This document shows, in pieces, positions 1 through 9,021 of a DNA stretch of 64,000 nucleotides. Where the stretch lies: NCBI GenBank assembly GCA_963803145.1, contig CAWDLW010000027.1, forward strand, positions 83,786 through 147,785. Reading direction: 5' to 3'. Every line of letters starts with the position of its first letter. Position 1 is the first letter of the stretch. Origin of the DNA: Methanotrichaceae archaeon. Its GTDB lineage: Archaea; Halobacteriota; Methanosarcinia; Methanotrichales; Methanotrichaceae. Below the pieces are notes generated by a model that made no database searches, was not told the DNA's origin, and saw only the letters and a list, made by a program, of their open reading frames with translations. A program made the translations under genes and the position numbers.

Positions 1-1
1 C

Positions 2-535
2 CGATTGAACCGGCAGAAAACCGCTCAGCCTTCTTCTGCCGCCCCAGCGTATTATTAAATCAACCCTTGATACATCCGAAGATTGAATCTTCTCCACAAA
101 GCGCTCCTGCTCTCCACCTTCGACCATGGCGCGGCCCAGATCCCACTGCCAGCCATAATTCACCAGAAAGTTAATCTTAACTGCACCGGAGCCGAAGATG
201 GTCCTTCTGGTATAGGGAAGAAGCTCCTTGGGAAACATCGGCGATTCCGAGTTGCCTACTATGAGAAGAGCTGCATCCTCGCTTGATATAATCTTAACAG
301 CCTCTACACAAGCCTTTTGGAAGGATAGGGTCTGCTCCTTTGGCCTCTTGGTATTATCCTGCGTGAATCCATAGAAGGTTAGTTCCTTTATTTTCTCCTT
401 CTTACATAGTTTGTATAGAGATAAACCCGGAAATAGGCCTGCCTTATATCCTTCCTCCCTAGACAGTCCTCGCTCCTCTGCCCACCTTCTATTGCCGTCG
501 GGAATAATTCCTATATGCTTCGGTAATCTTTTCAT
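2..535 (-). CDS. uppS: cis-prenyltransferase (undecaprenyl diphosphate synthase family), 3' end runs off the window
   Basis: Manual translation from ATG 535: MKRLPKHIGIIPDGNRRWA...LTFYGFTQDNTKRP...INFLVNYGWQWDL...DLIIRWGGRRRLSGFLPVQS. It carries the HIxxIxDGNRRW and RLSxFL motifs. Absent from the ORF track because it is open-ended. Confidence 0.9.
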   Translation of the reverse strand, partial: MKRLPKHIGIIPDGNRRWAEERGLSREEGYKAGLFPGLSLYKLCKKEKIKELTFYGFTQDNTKRPKEQTLSFQKACVEAVKIISSEDAALLIVGNSESPMFPKELLPYTRRTIFGSGAVKINFLVNYGWQWDLGRAMVEGGEQERFVEKIQSSDVSRVDLIIRWGGRRRLSGFLPVQS

Positions 536-923
536 GGTTTTGATAACTACCTTAGAGCTGCATAATTTACAGGAACTGAGTAATTTGCAGGAACTAGCAT
601 AATCTGCAAATCGAAGTGGCATGCTGCCACACATTACTAAAATTGTATATGTTCTCTGAGGCTTTAAGCCTTTTCATACTATTAGTAGTAGAACTACTGT
701 ATTATCAATAGTAGTAATAATATCGTATTCTATAAGAGCTGTCTTATCTGCTTCAGATGAATACACGTCATTGTTATTGAAAATCCGAATTGTAGGGCCG
801 AGATTATCGACTAAAAACATATCAGCCTTTTTATAAGCCCTTGAAGGATCCAGGCAAATATCATGATAAGTCACCATCTCAATAAGCAAATCACCATGTG
901 AGATTATATCATCATAGAGCCAA

Positions 924-1685
924 ATGGATGAAGTGATGCATGAAGGCCGTTTTTGGGAGCTGGACCTGATCAGAGGAATAGCTGTTGTAATGATGGTGCT
1001 GTTCCATCTGGCCTATGATCTAAACTTTTTCGGCGTATATGCATTGGATATCTACTCTGGATTTTGGTTCTATTTCGCTCGCATAACTGCTGGCATCTTC
1101 ATCCTTCTGGTCGGAGTCTCGCTTGCCCTTTTTGCATCAAGGTCTACACACCGGAGGCAAGCGGACCTCCCCTTAAAGTTTTTTAAAAGAGGCACTGAGA
1201 TATTTTCCCTAGGTCTAGGAATTACGGCTGCCACCTATTTTCTAATTGGCAAAGGGTTCATCATCTTCGGAATCCTCCATTTCATTGGACTTTCTATAAT
1301 ATTGGCATATCCCTTCCTGAATTTTAAGACATTGAACGTGATAATTGGAGCAGTAATAATAGCTGTGGGCCTCTATCTGCAGAATCTTGCCTTCGATTTT
1401 CCATGGCTGCTTTGGCTAGGGCTCGCTCCGGCGGACTTTTATACCCTGGACTACTTCCCTCTGCTTCCATGGTTTGGACTGATACTTATAGGGATATACA
1501 TGGGCGATGCACTCTACGGAGGGTATAAGCGTAAGGTAGAACTGCCCGATCTGTCGAGCTATGCCTTCATGAAGCCCATGATACAACTGGGCAGAAACTC
1601 GCTTGCAATCTATATTGTTCATCAGCCATTGCTGATCTTAGCTCTTTATCTTTTAGGGACAAAAATTTCAATCCCGCTTCAATAA
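924..1685 (+). CDS. DUF1624 / heparan-alpha-glucosaminide N-acetyltransferase-like membrane protein
   Basis: RFWELDLIRGIAVVMMVLFH, FGILHFIG, DYFPLLPW and LGRNSLAIYIVHQP motifs; multiple TM segments. Confidence 0.85.
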   Translation: MDEVMHEGRFWELDLIRGIAVVMMVLFHLAYDLNFFGVYALDIYSGFWFYFARITAGIFILLVGVSLALFASRSTHRRQADLPLKFFKRGTEIFSLGLGITAATYFLIGKGFIIFGILHFIGLSIILAYPFLNFKTLNVIIGAVIIAVGLYLQNLAFDFPWLLWLGLAPADFYTLDYFPLLPWFGLILIGIYMGDALYGGYKRKVELPDLSSYAFMKPMIQLGRNSLAIYIVHQPLLILALYLLGTKISIPLQ

Positions 1686-1799
1686 GACAGATATATTCAT
1701 GTATTGCTACTATTGTGGTTCCCAATTAGAGTTGAATAAAAAATAGTTAAGGCCCTTCAGATAAATCACTAGCCCTGCGGCTGTCTACTCAGGCATGAT

Positions 1800-2705
1800 T
1801 CACTGGGCATATAGACCTGCGCCCAGCCACCAGCCATTGTCCACCTTCTCGACATAGCTTAGCTTGAGCCTCGGCGTCATATTCTGTGATGGATCTGGAT
1901 AGATATAATATGCGAATCCTTTTCCCTCCATAGCTGCATCCATAGTGTCTCGAACGAATTTAACGCCATTTGGATCCGTTGCATTGATCCTGTTAGTGCC
2001 TATCAGATTCGGCTGAGTCGGGAGTGCGAGGGCGTTGCCGTTAAAGTCATAAGCGAACACATATAGGCCTCCTTTGAAGAATGCGCCGTTCTTATCGTTG
2101 AATTCCTTCAAAGCTCTCTCTTTTCCATTCTCTTTGGCATATTTAACAGCAGAATCAACGAAACTGACCAGATCATTCCTGGCTGTCTGACTAAAGTTGG
2201 CCGACATATTGGATAAATAGATTCCAGAGCCTAGCCACCAATTGTCGTCCACTTTCATCGCATAGCCAGTCTTGAACTCATTTCTGTTGCCGTGAGCTGG
2301 GTTTGGAAAGATGAAGTAAGTGAATCCCTCTCCACCTTTGGCAGCCTTGATAAGATTCTTAATGTAGGGAATGCCGTTGGAATCGGTCATATTCAGCTTG
2401 TTCACACCAATCCAATCGGGCTTGAATGGGTGTGCGATATTTGTTCCCTGGAAATCATAGGCATAGATGTAGAGATCTCCTCTAACAAATGAGCCGGTCT
2501 TATTGCTGAACTCCTTCAGAGCCCGATCTTTGCCGTTTGCATGAGCATAAGCTACTGCTTCCTCTACAAAGTTGACGAGATCATCATGAGGCATGCCAAT
2601 TGGCGATGATATGTTAACAGCCGTGCTGTAATTTCCATGGGCGGTATCGGCATGAACGCCGATTGGAACTACTAATAACAAAAATATAACTAGAGATGCC
2701 TTCAT
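1800..2705 (-). CDS. Secreted stand-alone tandem Cache-domain protein
   Basis: Signal peptide from ATG 2705 (MKASLVIFLLLVV). Two copies of the motif LVxFVxxAVxYAxxNGKxxALKEF...YxYAYDF.G...D.NG..WWLGxGxY. Confidence 0.85.
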   Translation of the reverse strand: MKASLVIFLLLVVPIGVHADTAHGNYSTAVNISSPIGMPHDDLVNFVEEAVAYAHANGKDRALKEFSNKTGSFVRGDLYIYAYDFQGTNIAHPFKPDWIGVNKLNMTDSNGIPYIKNLIKAAKGGEGFTYFIFPNPAHGNRNEFKTGYAMKVDDNWWLGSGIYLSNMSANFSQTARNDLVSFVDSAVKYAKENGKERALKEFNDKNGAFFKGGLYVFAYDFNGNALALPTQPNLIGTNRINATDPNGVKFVRDTMDAAMEGKGFAYYIYPDPSQNMTPRLKLSYVEKVDNGWWLGAGLYAQ

Positions 2706-2898
2706 TAGCTCCATAAGTACCATGATTTTTGATGGATATTTAAAGATTCTGTAGCATACGCTTAAAAGGGATTTGTCCTCATCTTTATCGCAATCCACAT
2801 ATTTATTCACATTTATATTTGATCTTTTTCTTATAAGCTTTTTTGGAGGTTTTACCTTATCGATTAAGACCCTATAAAATGGAAAGGGTCCATCTTAT

Positions 2899-3900
2899 CT
2901 ATTCTCCTGGCGTGTTTATAAAATGCTTGAGCCAGATAGTCACATACACCGCTCCTACCAGAAGACCCATAAAGTAGGTTATTAACCTCCATAATGCCAC
3001 CAGAATTCCCAAGAGATAGGTGGGAACGAACTTTCCATAAATATAGCTCATGCTGAACTCAGCTATGCCGCTGCTTCCGGGTGTCAGAGGCAGTAAACTG
3101 ATTATTGTTATTATTATTTGCGCAGTGATCGAATACAGTAAGCTGGGACTCTGATTCAGCCCAATTAGAAGGATGGATGGAATCAGGAACTCGCATGTCC
3201 ATATAATCACTGTGACTGCTGCCATTGCAGGCATCTCTTTCCTTGCTTCCTTGATAAGATTGATATCCGCCTCGCGGAAAAGCCATGCCTGCTTCTCTAT
3301 GAAGTCGATAGTCTTTCCATTGCCTCTTTTTCGTCTAATCCAATCAAATAATCGCGATATTCTATCTGGCCTTTTTATGAGCTCCCAGAGAAAGATCATG
3401 AGAAGAATGATCAGCACCAGGAAAATGCCGCCAATTTCAAGCCCAACACCAATAACGAAGTTCGTGAGCAAGAGGCAAGCTGCTAGAGCAGCCAAAAAGA
3501 GAAAGCTGTCTAATAGCCTCTCCGCCAAGACGATAGTCATAGCGGAGCCATAACTCATGCCATTATCGGCAAGCATTTTTATTCTAACAGGTTCACCCCC
3601 GGCAGTGGAAGGTGTCAATGAGGCAACAAAGAGGGAAGCAAGAGTGGTCTGCATAGCCAGACCAAAGCTCACCTCTTGAGCAACCAATTTTGACAGGATC
3701 TGTATCCTCAGAGACCAAAAAACCCAGGAGAGTGCCTGGAGGATGATTGCCAAGATTACGAACGCTACATTGATGCTTGAAAGAGCCTGGTAGGTTACAC
3801 TAGTATTTGTGAATTTGAAAATGATGGTTATAGTAACTAGGCTGATAAAGATGGCTAAGATCATCTCTCGAGCTATATTTTTCTTTAAGTCCAAGAACAC
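2899..3900 (-). CDS. UPF0104 / lysylphosphatidylglycerol synthase TM-domain (flippase-like) protein
   Basis: LTPSTAGGEPVRI, ERLLD, PLTPGSSGIAE and LWRLITY motifs. Confidence 0.85.
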   Translation of the reverse strand: MFLDLKKNIAREMILAIFISLVTITIIFKFTNTSVTYQALSSINVAFVILAIILQALSWVFWSLRIQILSKLVAQEVSFGLAMQTTLASLFVASLTPSTAGGEPVRIKMLADNGMSYGSAMTIVLAERLLDSFLFLAALAACLLLTNFVIGVGLEIGGIFLVLIILLMIFLWELIKRPDRISRLFDWIRRKRGNGKTIDFIEKQAWLFREADINLIKEARKEMPAMAAVTVIIWTCEFLIPSILLIGLNQSPSLLYSITAQIIITIISLLPLTPGSSGIAEFSMSYIYGKFVPTYLLGILVALWRLITYFMGLLVGAVYVTIWLKHFINTPGE

Positions 3901-4618
3901 CTTAACTCATCCTCCTCAAGTCATCCTCCTCAAGCCCAAATAGCTTATCTCCGTCGATGTATTACGCTTCATAACCTGCAAAGGAGAGATATTCCCTCGA
4001 AAGGAGTTCCGACTGCCAGGTTATCCAAAAAGTTGAAATCTATTGTCTCATCGCCCGCAAGGCTTTTGATGATCTGGAGAGCATTAGTAATCATACTGTT
4101 ATGTATACCTACATAATACTGAGCAATCGCAATATCTATAACTGCTGATGCAACAGATATTGATGGAGATATCGCTGGAAGAATAGCAAATGTCGTTATT
4201 GAATAAATCATAGCGATATTATTGGTTTTGAGCGAGTAAATATCTTATGCCGGAATTTCAAAGTGAAGCTTCATCAAGCTTCAGAGATTACGTATAGACG
4301 TATAGGTCCTATGATATCGTCTCGAAGTTGAGGGATATAGCTATTATGCTTTCAGGGAATACCTCTCCGGAAATTTGGCAAGATCTCCTAAGCTCCACGA
4401 GCTTTGTAATATTTCCATCCACTCTGCTTCTAAACTCATCTTTCGATCGTGATGATGACATGAGAGTTATCGGCACTCTTATCATATAATCCAAAGCTCT
4501 AAGCATATTAATTATTTTTTTAAGAACTTATCAAGGTAATTTTAATTGTTGAAAAGATATAAGTAATATTAGATACAATAGTATAAGGGTCAGGTTTTAT
4601 CTGACATCTTTAAAGGAC

Positions 4619-4804
4619 GTGATAAATATGATGCAGAAAGGAGAAGAAACAGACGAGTCCGAAATGGAAGGCGACTGGGGCTGGTGGAAGAATGTTCCCG
4701 AAGATAAGAAGAAGGCCTTTATGAAGGCTAAAATGGATTTTAAGATAAAGAAAGTACAAGCAAAACTGGATTTCCTGAAGGAAATTCAGAGAATCTTCGG
4801 ATAA
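4619..4804 (+). CDS. Small hypothetical protein, acidic N-terminus and basic helical C-terminus
   Basis: Protein-like composition, AT-rich upstream region, and a hairpin terminator directly downstream. Confidence 0.6.
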   Translation: MINMMQKGEETDESEMEGDWGWWKNVPEDKKKAFMKAKMDFKIKKVQAKLDFLKEIQRIFG

Positions 4805-4816
4805 GGTATAGTATTA

Positions 4817-4860
4817 AAAGCTTCGAACATAAATATATTCGAAGCTTTCTTGTATTTTCT
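4817..4860 (+). terminator. Hairpin plus T-rich tract
   Basis: AAAGCTTCGAA (4817-4827) pairs perfectly with TTCGAAGCTTT (4838-4848), followed by CTTGTATTTTCT. Confidence 0.65.
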
Positions 4861-5271
4861 GAAGACCTTTTGTCAGCTCTTTATCTCCATTTTTCAGTCT
4901 TGAGGAGCATCGCCGCTTCCAGGAGAGAGCCATAAGGGCTCTTGCTTACGGTCCAGCAGAAGCTAAGTCATAAGGAGCAACAATAATCTATTTCCATGCC
5001 CAAGCCTACATAGTTATTGCCATATTGTTCTACGCCAAGGGGTCGATCCCTTAGGAATTAAACTCATTTTTAAATACTTTACATGTCTGTTAATATTAAC
5101 TATCATCAAAATAGAAATGTGGCGCAGATCAAACCACAATTTGAGGATGTAAATTGAAGGCAGCAGTTTCGTCGATTTAAATTCCAGAGATTAATGATGG
5201 CACTATAATCACTGATGTAAATAATTATTGCACGTTTTCGAAGCACTATATAGGGAACGCCTGGGTGATAG

Positions 5272-7641
5272 ATGGACCGAATGGAAAAGCTCGGAGTATG
5301 GATAGCCAAAAACCCCCTGGTAATAGCAGCTGTGGTTATCCTCATGACTATCGCCTCGGTGAACTTTGCGAGCCAGATAGAGATGCATGGCTTAGACACC
5401 GAGGACTTTGTAAGTACAAATTCTCCGCTTTACGAAGTTTACAATCACCTTTACCTTGAAAACTTCGGCACCCAGTCCATAGCCATCCTGGTCGAGGGCA
5501 ACGACGTGACCAATGAGGACGTCCTCAAGGCCATGTTGCGCCTCACCGACCGTATAAAAACCGAACCAAATGTCGTAGACGCGGTGAGCGTTGCTGACTT
5601 AGCGGCAGATGCCGAGGCAGAGCAAAGCGGCGTTCGCCAGATCCCATCCCAGGATGAGATCGATGCCATCCTGACAGAGGTCAGCCCAAATCAGCTCCAA
5701 AGCATCATGCCCGACAGCAGGCACACCCTGATATCGGTGGTAGAGCCCAGCTATTTGAACGATGCACAGCAGAAGGACGTGCTCACCGAGACCCAGGCTG
5801 CAGTTCAATTTGCCGATTTTCCTCCTGGATACAACATCATAGTCACAGGCTCGCCTGCTCTCACGGTAGCGATCACCAACACCATGAGCAGCAGCCAGGT
5901 AGAGCTTCTGGCTTTATCCGGAATTCTCATGGTAGTGGCTCTCCTCCTGGTTTTCAGACACGTCAAATGGCCGCTGCTTCCCATACCCACAGTCTTTCTC
6001 GGAATTATTTGGACATTTGGAGCCATGGGACTTTTAAAGCTGCCCATTACCTTGATCTCCTTCTCAGCCTTTCCCATCCTCATTGGGATTGGCATAGATT
6101 ACGCCATCCAGTTCCACAATCGCCTCGATGAGGAGTTCGTCAAGGGCACTCCGCCTGTCCAGGCCATGGCCAATACTGTCAACCATGTGGCTATGCCGGT
6201 GTTGATTGCCCTGACGGTGACTGGTGCTGGCTTCATCTCCCTCATCAGCTCCTCTGTGCCCATGGTGCGCCAGTTCGGGATACTATGTTTTATGGGGCTC
6301 ATCATGTGCTACCTCTCTGCCCTCTTTGTGGGTATGACTGTCCTTTACAGGGTGGAAAAAAGTAGAACGGACAAGAGTGGCCTTGATAAAAGGAACTCCG
6401 ATAAGAAGAGCCCTGATAAGAGGAACCAGTCCGAGAAAAAGAATGGCGAAAGCCGTGAAGTTAAAGGGTCTTCGATTGGATTATTCCTGGCCAGGATCGC
6501 CGACTTCAGCATACAGCGGTGGCAGTTGGTCCTTGCTGTAGCTCTGCTCCTGGCCCTGGCAGGCAACTATGCCGACACCAAGGTGCAAGTGGAAACCAAC
6601 ACCAACAACTACATTCCCCAGGATCTGCCGCCCCTTGTCCAGTTCAGACATCTGACGGAGATCTTCGGAGGCACCGACTCTCTGCAGTTCCTAATCCGGG
6701 CTGATGACGTTACAGATCCGTCTCTTCTGAAATGGATGGACGATTTTGGAAACTATATTTCCAGGACCAAGCTTGAGGTTTATGGCGTGGATGATTTGGC
6801 CACTGCAATAGAGCAGGCTAACGGCGGAGAGCTGCCTGACAATAGGACTGCCATCAGGGCCATAATCAACTCCATGTCTGCAACCACCCGGGATAGGTAT
6901 CTCAGCGGCTATACATTGACGGTGATGAACGTAAACCTGGGAAACGCACAGGCTAACCTCGGATCTGAGGGTATCGACCTTATGATAAGGAATTTCGACA
7001 GAGACCTGGCATTCATGCCCCCACCGCCGAGGGTCTCAGTAACGATAACAGGTCAGCTGGTAGTTTTTTCTACAATCATTGGCGCCCTTACAACAGGCAG
7101 AACAGAGACCACGCTTATTGGCCTTGCACTGATTTTCCTCCTCCTCTTCTTGATCTACAGAGGCGACCTCATCAAAGCTCTCCTGCCGGTCCTTCCAATG
7201 CTGGTGGTCATAGGCTGGATAGGCGGGGTCATGTATCTAGCAGGCCTGAAGTACACGCCTCTGACTGCAACCCTTGGTGCATTGATCCTGGGCGTTGGAT
7301 CGGAGTACGCCATACTCATGATGGGACGGTTCTATGAGGAGCTGCCGAAGGAGCACGATCCTCTTAGAGCTCTAAATATCACCGCCAGCCGAATAGGATC
7401 GGCCCTGATCGCATCGGGAATGACGGTGGTCTTCGGCTTTGCCGCCCTTATAACCTCGCCCTTCAGCATCACCAGCAACTTTGGATTAGTGACGGTCATG
7501 GCGGTGCTCTTTGCCCTTCTGACCACCTTCACCGTCTTTGTGGTGCTCATGGTAAACTTGGAGGAAAGGCGCAGCACCTGGGAGAAGGTCAAGCTCAGAC
7601 TTCAAAGAGCCCTCAAGCTCACCAGCCCGGGAGGAGATTAA
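5272..7641 (+). CDS. RND superfamily (MMPL/HAE3) transporter
   Basis: Two-fold repeated topology with GIGIDYAIQFHNR and GVGSEYAILMMGRFYEE signatures and two large extracytoplasmic loops. Confidence 0.92.
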   Translation: MDRMEKLGVWIAKNPLVIAAVVILMTIASVNFASQIEMHGLDTEDFVSTNSPLYEVYNHLYLENFGTQSIAILVEGNDVTNEDVLKAMLRLTDRIKTEPNVVDAVSVADLAADAEAEQSGVRQIPSQDEIDAILTEVSPNQLQSIMPDSRHTLISVVEPSYLNDAQQKDVLTETQAAVQFADFPPGYNIIVTGSPALTVAITNTMSSSQVELLALSGILMVVALLLVFRHVKWPLLPIPTVFLGIIWTFGAMGLLKLPITLISFSAFPILIGIGIDYAIQFHNRLDEEFVKGTPPVQAMANTVNHVAMPVLIALTVTGAGFISLISSSVPMVRQFGILCFMGLIMCYLSALFVGMTVLYRVEKSRTDKSGLDKRNSDKKSPDKRNQSEKKNGESREVKGSSIGLFLARIADFSIQRWQLVLAVALLLALAGNYADTKVQVETNTNNYIPQDLPPLVQFRHLTEIFGGTDSLQFLIRADDVTDPSLLKWMDDFGNYISRTKLEVYGVDDLATAIEQANGGELPDNRTAIRAIINSMSATTRDRYLSGYTLTVMNVNLGNAQANLGSEGIDLMIRNFDRDLAFMPPPPRVSVTITGQLVVFSTIIGALTTGRTETTLIGLALIFLLLFLIYRGDLIKALLPVLPMLVVIGWIGGVMYLAGLKYTPLTATLGALILGVGSEYAILMMGRFYEELPKEHDPLRALNITASRIGSALIASGMTVVFGFAALITSPFSITSNFGLVTVMAVLFALLTTFTVFVVLMVNLEERRSTWEKVKLRLQRALKLTSPGGD

Positions 7642-8823
7642 ATGGTTATCAGAACAAATCCCAGAATGAATCCCAGAACATACCTCAGAATGTTTCCAAG
7701 AATCGATTCCAGAATTGATCTCAGGATGGATATCAGAACAGTTCTTTGTATCTGTTTAACATGTCTTCTCATACCTGCAGCCACAGCCCAGACACTGCCC
7801 ACTACTGCGGCCGAGTCCGCTCAGGCATATAGCACATATATACCGATTACAGGCGGCCAGAACTACTACAACTTCTACGGCGGTCCAGAGATTGATGCCA
7901 GTGTTAGTGGCAACGATATGTTCAATCGAGGGGATACCGTAACTCTTCTGGTGAGCCTTGCCAACTACGGCCGAGTTACCGGGTTTCAGCAGGATAAGAC
8001 GCCCACTACTCCAACTGAGTATGCTCTGGCCAATGCCGAGCAGCAGGAGGAGGGGAAGATCACCAATGCCATAAACATCAAGGCCACACTCATATCCAAT
8101 ACAACCCAGATAGAGGTCCAGTCAGGGGATCAGGTGGTTCAATCTCTGATGGCAGGTCAGACAGCCACAAGCCCCCTCAGGTACACTCTCCAGATAGCCA
8201 ACCACGCCCCGGCAGGGCTGTATCCTCTGACCCTCAGAGTAAGCTACGATTACCAGTCCAATGTGGAGGTCTATGCAGCCAATCTGGCCAACATCCAGGG
8301 CCTTCCCCCGGTTTTCGTCAACGGTCAGTGGTCTTACTTCTACAGTCATGTCGTTAAGAACCTGACAGTGCCAATAGAGGTGAAGAAGGCTGCAGATTTC
8401 CAGGTGGTTTCAAGCGAGGCCAACACTACTGCAGGCGCAACCAACGGCCCTATTGTTGTGACTTATAGAAATATTGGCAATCAGCCCGTTACGGACGCTG
8501 TAGCCAGGCTCAGCTTCTTCACTCCCTTCTCCTCAACGGATGACCAGGCGTATCTCGGCAATATGACGCCTGGAGAAGAAAAAACAGTTCTCTTCAGGGT
8601 AGACGTGGCCTCGGGGACTACGGCCAAAGAGTACGGGGTAAACAGCGAGATCAAATACACAGATATAAGGGGAGCTACCGCCCTGTCTGAGGTCCTGATG
8701 GTGCCCGTAACCGTCAATCCATCAGGTTCTTCCATCCTAATACCTGCGATCATCGTTGTAGTCTTGATCGTCGCCATTGGAGGATATTGGTACTTAAGGA
8801 GACGAAGAGGAAAGAATACGTAA
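7642..8823 (+). CDS. COG1361 S-layer-like membrane-anchored protein
   Basis: Signal peptide, Ig-like repeats (APAGLYPLTLRVSYDY; PFSSTDDQAYLGNMTPGE), C-terminal TM plus RRRRGK. Abuts the RND gene, a usual pairing in methanogens. Confidence 0.85.
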   Translation: MVIRTNPRMNPRTYLRMFPRIDSRIDLRMDIRTVLCICLTCLLIPAATAQTLPTTAAESAQAYSTYIPITGGQNYYNFYGGPEIDASVSGNDMFNRGDTVTLLVSLANYGRVTGFQQDKTPTTPTEYALANAEQQEEGKITNAINIKATLISNTTQIEVQSGDQVVQSLMAGQTATSPLRYTLQIANHAPAGLYPLTLRVSYDYQSNVEVYAANLANIQGLPPVFVNGQWSYFYSHVVKNLTVPIEVKKAADFQVVSSEANTTAGATNGPIVVTYRNIGNQPVTDAVARLSFFTPFSSTDDQAYLGNMTPGEEKTVLFRVDVASGTTAKEYGVNSEIKYTDIRGATALSEVLMVPVTVNPSGSSILIPAIIVVVLIVAIGGYWYLRRRRGKNT

Positions 8824-9021
8824 AAAGTCTCAAAAGATTCGTCTAGCGCATAGCTGTTCAGCCCCATGGGCCTATATTGCCCTTCTTTTCGCTTTTAATT
8901 ACAACACATACTTAACTTTGCATTGTATGTCCGCTCATGACGTGCTGTTAGTAAACTATATTCCTACAACTTTATTATAAATACTGCATAAACCTTTCTA
9001 AAAATTACAAGAGAGGAGAAT

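Noticed and set aside
564-598. Direct repeat TAATTT(A/G)CAGGAACT x2 upstream of uppS
   Set aside because: Only two short copies; it could be an operator but nothing else supports that.
3969-4506. Two short minus-strand ORFs
   Set aside because: No recognisable motifs or clear RBS; cannot be supported as genes from sequence alone.
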